From assembly GCA_947467435.1 (NCBI GenBank), contig CANIIA010000003.1, positions 12,215 to 76,214 on the forward strand: 64,000 nucleotides of DNA. Direction: 5' to 3'. This document shows, piece by piece, positions 18,348 to 26,221 of this stretch (positions within the stretch are counted from its first letter, which is position 1; every line of letters begins with the position of its first letter). A program made the position numbers and the translations under genes. This stretch comes from Betaproteobacteria bacterium. GTDB lineage: Bacteria; Pseudomonadota; Gammaproteobacteria; Burkholderiales; SG8-39. The notes below the pieces were generated by a model, which saw only the letters and a program-made list of their open reading frames with translations, had not been told where the DNA came from and searched no databases.

Positions 18348-19358
18348 TCAACTAGACAGCGCTTCGACCTGCACTGTCCAGGGTGGTAAGACGTCTTCAG
18401 GTTCTAAACCACGCACAATCATCACCACGCGGCTTCGCGTGGGTGGTGCAAGTTGCAACACATCAGGCGCGCCCACTAAATGTTGAATCGCATGCAGCGC
18501 CACTGCACATGGAATCTCTGTAACAGCCACAATACCTTTCACACGCAATAGGCGCGCACCGTGTTGCGTTGTTATGGCATGCAGCCAATCACCCATCGTT
18601 GTCATGGAGGTGCGCGTTTCCCAAGCCAACACAAAACTGCGCGTCTGATCATCGTGCTGCGTGCGCAAAGTCTTCGGATCAACGCGCTGACCTTGCGGCA
18701 AGTCGGGTTGCTGAAAGTGATTCACTTGCATGTGTGCGGGTTGTATCAAACGCACACACTCGGCTTGCGGATTGATTTCTGATAGCCGCGCATGCAAAGC
18801 GTCTAGGGCTACGGCCGATTGCAACGCGCATTTGTTGATGATCAATCGATCCGCGAGCAACACTTGTCGCCACTCTGTTGACTCGGATTGCAACGCCGCT
18901 TCACCAAGTAACGCATCGACCACTGTGACCACGGCATCAAGCCGGAAACGGCCCTGCAAGGCCGGCGATTCAGCAAACAGCTGTAGGATCGGCGCGGGTT
19001 CAGCAAGGCCACTGGTTTCAATCACGATGCGATTAAACGCGGGCATCTCGCCACGATGTACTGCGCGCTCAAGTTGCAAGATTGCTTGCACTAAATCGCT
19101 ACGCACCGCACAGCACACACAACCACCTGGCAGTAACACCACCTCTTCACTCGAGGATTGCACTAACACATCATCAATCCCAACTGCACCAAATTCATTG
19201 ACGATGATTGCCAAGCGTTGGTTGGGGGCAACCACTTGGCGTAACACAGCGTTTAAGAGCGTGGTCTTACCCGCACCCAAGGCCCCAGTAAGTACCGTGA
19301 CGGGGATCAGTGGTTTGATTGACTGCATGCCGTGGCTCGATGCGTCGCGCGTGATCAA
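18348..19358 (-). CDS. COG0523 / CobW-type G3E family GTPase (metallochaperone-like)
   Basis: Walker A 'GALGAGKTTLLN', metal motif 'GCVCCAV' (CxCC), 'ETSGLAEP', and a C-terminal CobW_C-like domain. Confidence 0.8.
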   Translation of the reverse strand: MITRDASSHGMQSIKPLIPVTVLTGALGAGKTTLLNAVLRQVVAPNQRLAIIVNEFGAVGIDDVLVQSSSEEVVLLPGGCVCCAVRSDLVQAILQLERAVHRGEMPAFNRIVIETSGLAEPAPILQLFAESPALQGRFRLDAVVTVVDALLGEAALQSESTEWRQVLLADRLIINKCALQSAVALDALHARLSEINPQAECVRLIQPAHMQVNHFQQPDLPQGQRVDPKTLRTQHDDQTRSFVLAWETRTSMTTMGDWLHAITTQHGARLLRVKGIVAVTEIPCAVALHAIQHLVGAPDVLQLAPPTRSRVVMIVRGLEPEDVLPPWTVQVEALSS

Positions 19359-19373
19359 CGCATCGCGTACAAA

Positions 19374-19865
19374 TTAAGTCGTTAAGCGTTTCACGATCAG
19401 CGTCAGTGCCGCACCGACGGCAGACAAGCGCACTGCATCGCGATCACCAGAAAACACATGGCGCTCAACGAGGGTGGGTTTACCGGTCGCCGCAGCAGCA
19501 ATGTAGCAAGTGCCCACTGGATTTTTTTCATTACCACCACCAGGTCCTGCGTAACCGGTCACCGCGACGCTCACGCCTGCTGTGGAATGCGCGAGTGCGC
19601 CTTCTGCGAGGCCTTGCGTGACCTCGGCACTCACCGCACCGTGGGCCTTCGAAATGTCATCTGATACACCCAAGCCGGTGGCCTTGGCGGAATCGTGATA
19701 CAGCACAAAACCACGTTCAAAAATTTTTGACGCACCCGATACGGAGGTAATGCACCCCGAAACCAATCCGGCAGTGCAAGTTTCTGCGGTCACGATACGC
19801 ACACCCGCAGCGCTCGCCGCTTGTAAAGCGCTCGACGCTTTTTGCAATAGTTCGGTTTCAAACAT
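19374..19865 (-). CDS. CinA C-terminal domain protein (PncC-like nicotinamide-nucleotide amidohydrolase family)
   Basis: 163 aa; 'TAETCTAGLV', 'GFVLYHDSAK' and 'TGYAGPGGG' are typical of stand-alone CinA-C/PncC proteins. Confidence 0.7.
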   Translation of the reverse strand: MFETELLQKASSALQAASAAGVRIVTAETCTAGLVSGCITSVSGASKIFERGFVLYHDSAKATGLGVSDDISKAHGAVSAEVTQGLAEGALAHSTAGVSVAVTGYAGPGGGNEKNPVGTCYIAAAATGKPTLVERHVFSGDRDAVRLSAVGAALTLIVKRLTT

Positions 19866-19884
19866 CGACAGTTCCTAAAATAAA

Positions 19885-21141
19885 TTACAAGGTGTTGGTG
19901 TACGCGCGACCGGCTTGCATCACCAACTTTAAGCGTTGGCGTTCTTCTAGCACACGAATATTGTCGAGTGGATCGCCATCGACCACGAGCACATCGGCAA
20001 TTTTTCCTGGTGCGATGACGCCCAAATCCTCCCGTCCAATGCATGCTGCGGCTTGCTGCGTCGCCGACACGAGCGCTTGCATTGGCGTCATGCCTAACCA
20101 ATCGACCATGAAGCGTAACTCGACTAAATTTTCACCGACCAACAGTCGATGCGATTGGTCGGTGCCAAACGCGACTTTCACCCCGCGCTTGACCGCCTCT
20201 TTCCACAACGGAATTTGTTGCTGCATGCGATCAAAAATTTCGCGCTCTTTCACGTCTTCGCTAGCTAACTGTTGTTTATCCCATGCGGTATTTTTTTTGC
20301 GATGTTCAAGTGATAACGGCACCAAGGCCAAGGTTGGCACCCACCACGTGCCGTGCTTTAGCATCAACGCGATACTTTCTTCGTCAATAAACCAGCCATG
20401 CTCAAGCGAGTGGATGTTGGCGTGTAGCGCCATGTTGATACCATCAATGCCTTCGGCATGCACCGCCACAGTTTTACGTCGAGCGCGCGCTTCGGTCACC
20501 GCCACTGCAATTTCTTCGGTTGAAAATTGCGGCTCATCCCAGGAATCAGTCACTGAGGTAATGCCTCCGGTTGCGCAGATCTTGATGAAATCTGCACCGG
20601 CCATGAGTAGATGACGCACCAGTCGACGCACTTCATCGGGACCATCGGCCACTGGGCTAGGCAACCAAGCCCGTTTTTGAATACGTAAGCCCGCAGGCAC
20701 CCACGCATCACCGTGACCACCGGTTTGCGAGACCATCGCGATGGCAATTTGCAAACGCGGCCCAGCAATCACCCCTTCTTCAATGGCGGCTCGGAATCCA
20801 GCATCGGCCCCGCCCATATCGCGCGCTGTGGTGACACCACACGCCAAGGTTTCTTCGAGCACCGTAGTAGAACGCAATACGTTATAGGTTGGCGTATTGA
20901 GTAAATGTTGTCGCATATCACGTGCACGATAGGTGCCGTGCACGTGACAATCAATCATGCCTGGCAGCACCGTGCGGCCGGCGGCATCGAGAACGTTGGC
21001 GCCCTTGGGTACGCTGACGTTGCTCCCAACAGCGCTGATACGCTCGCCTTCGATTAATACCGTCGTGTTACGTTGCGGGTCACGGCCACTGCCATCAATA
21101 AGTGTCGCGCCTGTAATTGCCACTACGTTGGCCGTTGTCAC
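19885..21141 (-). CDS. metal-dependent amidohydrolase (COG1228-like, imidazolonepropionase-related)
   Basis: 'ITGATLIDGSG', 'LPGMIDCHVHG' (HxH) and downstream His/Asp ligand blocks ('VAVHAEG', 'FGTDQ'). The start is refined to GTG 21141, directly after the upstream stop. The ORF-track N-terminal extension overlaps the ALDH gene. Confidence 0.75.
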   Translation of the reverse strand: MTTANVVAITGATLIDGSGRDPQRNTTVLIEGERISAVGSNVSVPKGANVLDAAGRTVLPGMIDCHVHGTYRARDMRQHLLNTPTYNVLRSTTVLEETLACGVTTARDMGGADAGFRAAIEEGVIAGPRLQIAIAMVSQTGGHGDAWVPAGLRIQKRAWLPSPVADGPDEVRRLVRHLLMAGADFIKICATGGITSVTDSWDEPQFSTEEIAVAVTEARARRKTVAVHAEGIDGINMALHANIHSLEHGWFIDEESIALMLKHGTWWVPTLALVPLSLEHRKKNTAWDKQQLASEDVKEREIFDRMQQQIPLWKEAVKRGVKVAFGTDQSHRLLVGENLVELRFMVDWLGMTPMQALVSATQQAAACIGREDLGVIAPGKIADVLVVDGDPLDNIRVLEERQRLKLVMQAGRAYTNTL

Positions 21142-21142
21142 G

Positions 21143-22612
21143 TTAATTCTCCAAATCCACAAAGACGTTTTTAATTTCGGTGTAAAGAGCCAACGCGTGT
21201 AAGCCCAATTCACGACCCAAGCCCGAGCGTTTATACCCACCAAAGGGCGCAAGATAACCATAGCGGCTCGCACTGCCGTGTGAGTTAATGCTGATCATGC
21301 CGCTTTTCAAAGCACGCGCCACACGCAAGCCACGTGCAATATCTCGCGTCCACACCGAACCGTTCAAGCCATATATATTGTCATTGGCCATCGCCACGAC
21401 GTCACTTTCTGTCTCAAAAGCGATCACCACCACCACGGGACCAAATATTTCTTCTTGTGCAACACGCATGTCGTTGCGCGCATTGGCAAGAATGGTCGGG
21501 GCGTAAAACGCAGCGCCATCCAATCCCTTCGGGCGCGCACCGCCAATCGCCAAGGTACATCCCTCGGCTAGACCCAATTGCACATAACCATGCACACTGT
21601 CCCACTGCGATTGCGAAATCAATGGACCAATCTCGGTGCTGGCTTGCAGCGGATCACCTAACTTTACTTCTTTGGTTGCCGCAACAAAGCGCGCTAAAAA
21701 TTGATCGTAAACCGAGCGTTCAACAAATACACGCGTGCGTGCTGAGCAACTTTGTCCGGCGTTCCCAAATCCGGCTTTGACCGCTTGCACTGCGGCTTTT
21801 TCTAAATCGGCATCAGCAAAAATAATATTCGGGCTTTTACCGCCGAGCTCGAGGGTGATGCGCTTAATGTCATCGGCCCCCAGCTTTAGTAAGGTGGCGC
21901 CCGTTTTTGTTTCGCCAGTGAAGGTGATTTTGTCGATGCCTGGATGCGTCGCGATACGCTCACCTAAGGTGGCGCCCGGCCCCGGCAAAATATTCAGTAC
22001 ACCCGCGGGGACACCTGCATCGATCACGATTTGCCCCAGGGCCAAGGCAGTGAGTGGTGAGTAACTGGCCGGTTTTAAAATCATGGTGCAGCCGGCTGCC
22101 AGTGCAGGCGCCACTTTCCATGCCGCAGCCATGAATGGAAAATTCCAAGGCGTGATCGCTGCAATCACGCCAATCGGTTCGCGTAACGTAAAGTCAAGTA
22201 CAGCATCACCCATGGGGATGGTGTCGCCGTAAAACTTATCCATCGCCCCGGCGTAGTAATCAAACACATTGGCTGCAGCATCGACTTCATTTAAGGCATT
22301 GCCAATCGTTTTACCGCTATTTCGGGTTTCAAGTTCGGCGATTGCGCGTGATTGATCGCGAATCCGTTGCGCGATCTCGCGCAAAAAACGACCGCGTTGT
22401 GTGGGTTGCATGCCGGACCAACGTCCATCCTCAAACGCGCGACGCGCAGCAACGACTGCTCGATCTAAATCTTGTAAGCCAGCTTTTGCCACTTCTGCAA
22501 GGGGCTGCAAGTTGCAGGCGCTATAGGTGGTGAAGGTTTGCCCTGATTGCGCAGGAACAAATTGTCCATCAATGAGTAATTCAGTGCGAAGTAGATTCAT
22601 AAAAATAGGCAC
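21143..22612 (-). CDS. NAD(P)-dependent aldehyde dehydrogenase
   Basis: 'ELGGKSP' and the catalytic Cys block 'FGNAGQSCSA'; 'EEIFGPV'. The start is either GTG 22612 or ATG 22600. Confidence 0.85.
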   Translation of the reverse strand: MPIFMNLLRTELLIDGQFVPAQSGQTFTTYSACNLQPLAEVAKAGLQDLDRAVVAARRAFEDGRWSGMQPTQRGRFLREIAQRIRDQSRAIAELETRNSGKTIGNALNEVDAAANVFDYYAGAMDKFYGDTIPMGDAVLDFTLREPIGVIAAITPWNFPFMAAAWKVAPALAAGCTMILKPASYSPLTALALGQIVIDAGVPAGVLNILPGPGATLGERIATHPGIDKITFTGETKTGATLLKLGADDIKRITLELGGKSPNIIFADADLEKAAVQAVKAGFGNAGQSCSARTRVFVERSVYDQFLARFVAATKEVKLGDPLQASTEIGPLISQSQWDSVHGYVQLGLAEGCTLAIGGARPKGLDGAAFYAPTILANARNDMRVAQEEIFGPVVVVIAFETESDVVAMANDNIYGLNGSVWTRDIARGLRVARALKSGMISINSHGSASRYGYLAPFGGYKRSGLGRELGLHALALYTEIKNVFVDLEN

Positions 22613-22627
22613 AGACCGAAGAGCGAA

Positions 22628-23380
22628 TCATGAAAATAAACGCGCGCAGTGCGCAGGAAGTTCTGCCAACGTGCGTAGGTGCACATCCACCTCAGCCGGA
22701 ACATTTTGCGCAGTCGGTGCGAGCCACGCCGTATGCAAACCGAGCGCTTTACCACCACGCACATCATTATTGAAATCATCGCCCACATACAGGGTGCGCG
22801 AGGGCACAGCTTGCATCGCGGCGAGGGCTGGCGCAAAACATTCTCCGTGGGGCTTCATCCATCCGGTTTCGGACGACACCACAACCACCTCAAAGTATTG
22901 CAGCAAAGCAAAACGCGCCAGCGTCGCGCTCACCACCGGACCATGCGGGTAGTTCGAGACCACCCCCAATCGATAGTGCTGCGCCAACTGCGGAATGACT
23001 TCTGCGCTGTCAGCAAGCAGTCGGGCTTCACGCGTGACTTCCTCACCCAATGCATCGGCCAATGCATCGAGAAATTCGCGCGGAGGCACACTGACTTGCG
23101 CCATCGAAAATGCCATCGCGAAGCGATCGGCAAAGCTGTGTTCGCGCTGCGATTGTTTGGATTGTCGAATCTGCGCCGCGCACGCGGCTAAGTAATGCGG
23201 CCGAAATTGCGCAAACGGTAACGTGACGTTTGCCTCGCGCAGCGCTTGCATCATCGACCCGTCATACACGCGTGCAAGACACGCCACATGGGCATCGGGA
23301 TCATGAACCATCCCAGGAATCCACATCAGCGTTTCGCCCCAGTCAAACAACACCACTGGACGCGTTGCGCTGTGGGTCAT
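22628..23380 (-). CDS. HAD superfamily hydrolase (subfamily IA-like) with atypical motif I
   Basis: Motif I is 'VLFDWGETL' and motif IV is 'YVGDDFNNDVRG'. The Asp+2 of the DxDxT phosphatase motif is replaced (D-W-G-E-T). Confidence 0.7.
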   Translation of the reverse strand: MTHSATRPVVLFDWGETLMWIPGMVHDPDAHVACLARVYDGSMMQALREANVTLPFAQFRPHYLAACAAQIRQSKQSQREHSFADRFAMAFSMAQVSVPPREFLDALADALGEEVTREARLLADSAEVIPQLAQHYRLGVVSNYPHGPVVSATLARFALLQYFEVVVVSSETGWMKPHGECFAPALAAMQAVPSRTLYVGDDFNNDVRGGKALGLHTAWLAPTAQNVPAEVDVHLRTLAELPAHCARLFS

Positions 23381-23382
23381 GT

Positions 23383-24114
23383 TCAGGCCGCCGCCAGCGC
23401 TTGGTCTGCAAGCGCCATTGCTGCCGCACGTGGATCAGGTGCGTCATACACCGCACGCCCAACCACACCAATCACGCTACAACCCGGGGCGGCCTTGACT
23501 AACTCATCTAATTTGCCGCCCAGCGGACCAATGCCAGGCACCACAAAGACGGTGTCTTTGCCGCGCGCGTTCATTTCTGCGCTGATCCAGTGTGCGTGAT
23601 AGCGCAATTTATCGGTGGTGTTTCCGGGAACAATAAAGTGTGCACAACCGACTTCGAGGGAGGTTTTAAAAATCCGCTCGAGCGCATCATCCGCAATATA
23701 ACCACCGCCACTCACGTTGTAATCAGGAAACGGCAAATCACCACCGACAATCGGCAGCATGCCGTGTTTGATGGTTTCGCCAACAAACCCCTGCACAGCG
23801 CGGGTCCCTGCCGTCGGAAATAAGATCAAGCCATCGACCTTTGCTTCGGCGCATAACTTGGCAAACTTCGCGGCCATATCAAACACATCAGGGCCGGCTT
23901 TTTGGTGGTCATACAGCAACGGCAAATCGGTATGGGCGCGCATCTGTCGGACTGTTTCTGCCAAGCCTAGACGCAACACCGTGGTCATCCCCAACTTGTA
24001 ACCCACCACGCCCTGCACGGGCGTGGTCAGATCGATGGTGCGTTTGCACGCATCAACGGTCTCGGCATCCAGCGCCACAATCAAACCGTGCCGCGCACGA
24101 AACTGCACGGTCAT
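23383..24114 (-). CDS. orotidine 5'-phosphate decarboxylase-like (OMPDC/KGPDC superfamily) protein
   Basis: 'LIVALDAE' start of the barrel, 'GYKLG', 'LLYDHQKAGPDV', and a C-terminal phosphate-loop-like 'VVGRAVYDAPDP'. The start is refined to MTVQFRA (24114), 1 nt after the upstream stop. Confidence 0.6.
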   Translation of the reverse strand: MTVQFRARHGLIVALDAETVDACKRTIDLTTPVQGVVGYKLGMTTVLRLGLAETVRQMRAHTDLPLLYDHQKAGPDVFDMAAKFAKLCAEAKVDGLILFPTAGTRAVQGFVGETIKHGMLPIVGGDLPFPDYNVSGGGYIADDALERIFKTSLEVGCAHFIVPGNTTDKLRYHAHWISAEMNARGKDTVFVVPGIGPLGGKLDELVKAAPGCSVIGVVGRAVYDAPDPRAAAMALADQALAAA

Positions 24115-24115
24115 C

Positions 24116-25006
24116 TCAACCGCCGCTTTGCAAACGGCCAATCGTGCGCAACGCGCTGGGCTTGATATCTTTCACATCCAAACTGATATCCACCGCACGC
24201 ACCGAGTGCGTGAGATCGCCCACTGAAATCACATCGACGCCGGTCTCAGCGATTTCTACAATGGTCGACTCATTGACGCCCCCCGAGGCCTCAGTAATCG
24301 CACGGCGATTCACCAGCTTTAAACCTGCGCGCATTTCATCGAGATCCATGTTGTCGAACATAATCACCTCCACCCCACAATCCAGCGCTTCTTGCACCAT
24401 CTCTAGGGTTTCGCATTCGACTTCAAACTTAAACGTGTGCTGTGCACGTGCACGCAATATTTCGACCGCTTTGGTGATGCTGCCTGCTAACTTGATGTGA
24501 TTGTCTTTCACCAACACGCAATTGGTGAGATTAAAAATATGGTTGTGCGCCCCACCCACACGCACCGCATATTTCTGCACCATGCGTAGACCTGGCCATC
24601 CTTTGCGCGTATCTGTCACACGTACATTGGTGTGCTTCACCAAGTCCAAATAGCGACGGGTTTTGGTGGCGATACCGGACAGTTGCTGAACCCAATCGAG
24701 CGCTGCACGTTCAATACAAAAAAAGGTTGAGGCCTTGGCGCGAATCTTTAACAACACCGTGCCGGGCTGAATCGGATCGCCTTCACGCACACCGTAGTCG
24801 ACACTGGCTTCGGGCTCGACGAGCTTGATGGTCTCTTCAGCAAACATCAGTCCGCACGCCACACCCACGCCTTTGGCGTAAATCTGTCCGGTCAGTACAG
24901 GATCGTCTTGCCACACCAAAAAACCACCAGTGGTATCACCGGCATTGAGTTCTTCACGTAAGCCAGCTTCTACGAGGGGGCGAATCATAAAACGGTTCAA
25001 ATGCAT
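24116..25006 (-). CDS. type II phosphoribosyltransferase, nicotinate-nucleotide pyrophosphorylase (NadC/QAPRTase)-like
   Basis: Collinear with NadC: 'ERAALDW', 'TDTRKGWPGLR', 'KYAVRVGGAHNHIFNL', 'LVKDNHI', 'MFDNM', 'EASGGV', 'ISVGDLTHS'. The conserved N-H-R reads N-H-I. Confidence 0.75.
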   Translation of the reverse strand: MHLNRFMIRPLVEAGLREELNAGDTTGGFLVWQDDPVLTGQIYAKGVGVACGLMFAEETIKLVEPEASVDYGVREGDPIQPGTVLLKIRAKASTFFCIERAALDWVQQLSGIATKTRRYLDLVKHTNVRVTDTRKGWPGLRMVQKYAVRVGGAHNHIFNLTNCVLVKDNHIKLAGSITKAVEILRARAQHTFKFEVECETLEMVQEALDCGVEVIMFDNMDLDEMRAGLKLVNRRAITEASGGVNESTIVEIAETGVDVISVGDLTHSVRAVDISLDVKDIKPSALRTIGRLQSGG

Positions 25007-25183
25007 GTTGCTCTCCGGACAAGCCCGACTGGGCGGGGGTTATTTTTTTATCAATACACGATAGCCACTGTAGCCGACTGACGGCCAATTCGGCGCACCA
25101 TGTAAAGCCTGCATCATGCGCGCTGCGCATACCACCGAAGCTGCATCGGCTGTGGCTCGCGTGAAAAATCGCTGCGTCTATTT

Positions 25184-25828
25184 TTAAAATGCATCGGCCT
25201 GCGTCGAGGGTTCGACTGAGCGAACTGCCGGCAGCGCAGCCCCCGCTTCAAAAACGCGCATCACCGTCGGGTAAGCCGACAAATCACAATCAAAACGCTG
25301 CGCGTTAAATACTTGCGGAATCAGGCACACATCCGCCATCGTGAACTGATCGCCCAAGCAATACCGGCCCACGCGCTGTTGTGACAGCAAAAATGCTTCA
25401 AGACTTTTCATGCCCTCAGCAATCCAATGCGGATACCACTGACGGTTGACGCCAGCATCATCCATACCGCAATGCGCTTTTAAATACTTCAATACCCGCA
25501 CGTTATTCAAGGGATGAATTTCGCAGCCAATAATTTGCGAGACTGCGCGTACATACCATTTCTCTTCAGCCCCCTTAGGCATCAGCGCGGGTTCTGGGTG
25601 CACGTCATCCAAATACTCAATCATCGCCATCGATTGCGTAAATACACGCCCCGCTTCATCGATCAGAGCAGGCACCAAGCCTTGCGGATTTTTTGCAAGG
25701 TACGTCGGATCGTGATGTGCCATTTTGGGCAAGCTCACGTATTTAGGCGTCCAAGCCAGACCCTTATAGGCAAGCGCAATACGCAAGCGAAACGAGGTCG
25801 ATGAACGAAAAAAGGTATAGAGCTCCAC
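25184..25828 (-). CDS. maiA: maleylacetoacetate/maleylpyruvate isomerase (glutathione S-transferase zeta class)
   Basis: Zeta-class signature 'RSSTSFRLRIAL' and 'NPQGLVPAL'. Confidence 0.75.
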   Translation of the reverse strand: MELYTFFRSSTSFRLRIALAYKGLAWTPKYVSLPKMAHHDPTYLAKNPQGLVPALIDEAGRVFTQSMAMIEYLDDVHPEPALMPKGAEEKWYVRAVSQIIGCEIHPLNNVRVLKYLKAHCGMDDAGVNRQWYPHWIAEGMKSLEAFLLSQQRVGRYCLGDQFTMADVCLIPQVFNAQRFDCDLSAYPTVMRVFEAGAALPAVRSVEPSTQADAF

Positions 25829-25835
25829 GTGAACC

Positions 25836-26204
25836 TCAGGCCGACGATTTATCTAACAGGTGTTGCGGCGTACTTGAAATGACTTTGGCGTAGTGCGGAA
25901 TAAACCCACTGCCTTTGATGTGTTTGATAAACGCCGGCTTCAGCTCTTCGGCCAAAATCTTGCGAATACGTGCATGCTCTTCGATGTCTTTCCACTCAGC
26001 AATCAACCAAAAATGCGTGGGATCTTTCACGTCTTGGCACAGCACGCCATCCTTTACTTGCGCCCAAGATTTATGCATCGGGTTGTTATCGCCATAATCA
26101 AATTCATTGAACAAAGCCACAAACTCATCGATGTGATTGGCATCCACAATAAAGTCGTAGATGTGAAGAAAATTCCCTTCGGAAGCTAACGGTACCAATG
26201 CCAT
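25836..26204 (-). CDS. small ABM-like (antibiotic biosynthesis monooxygenase / ferredoxin-fold) protein
   Basis: About 122 aa after refining the start to MALVPL (AGGAGA 6 nt upstream). The composition and 'WLIAEWKDIEEHARIRK' resemble ABM-domain proteins. This is a weak assignment. Confidence 0.4.
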   Translation of the reverse strand: MALVPLASEGNFLHIYDFIVDANHIDEFVALFNEFDYGDNNPMHKSWAQVKDGVLCQDVKDPTHFWLIAEWKDIEEHARIRKILAEELKPAFIKHIKGSGFIPHYAKVISSTPQHLLDKSSA

Positions 26205-26221
26205 GCGAAGTCTCCTAAAAA

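Noticed and set aside
18730-20614. Long plus-strand ORFs 18730..19377 (215 aa) and 19892..20614 (240 aa)
   Set aside because: They are antisense to the COG0523 GTPase and the amidohydrolase respectively. Both are Ser/Cys/Thr-rich shadows without motifs.
25036-25066. Terminator-like GCCC-GACT-GGGC hairpin followed by TTATTTTTTTAT on the plus strand
   Set aside because: The stem is only 4 bp and no plus-strand gene lies upstream. On the coding (minus) strand the A-run precedes the hairpin. This is more likely part of the promoter/leader of the NadC-like gene.
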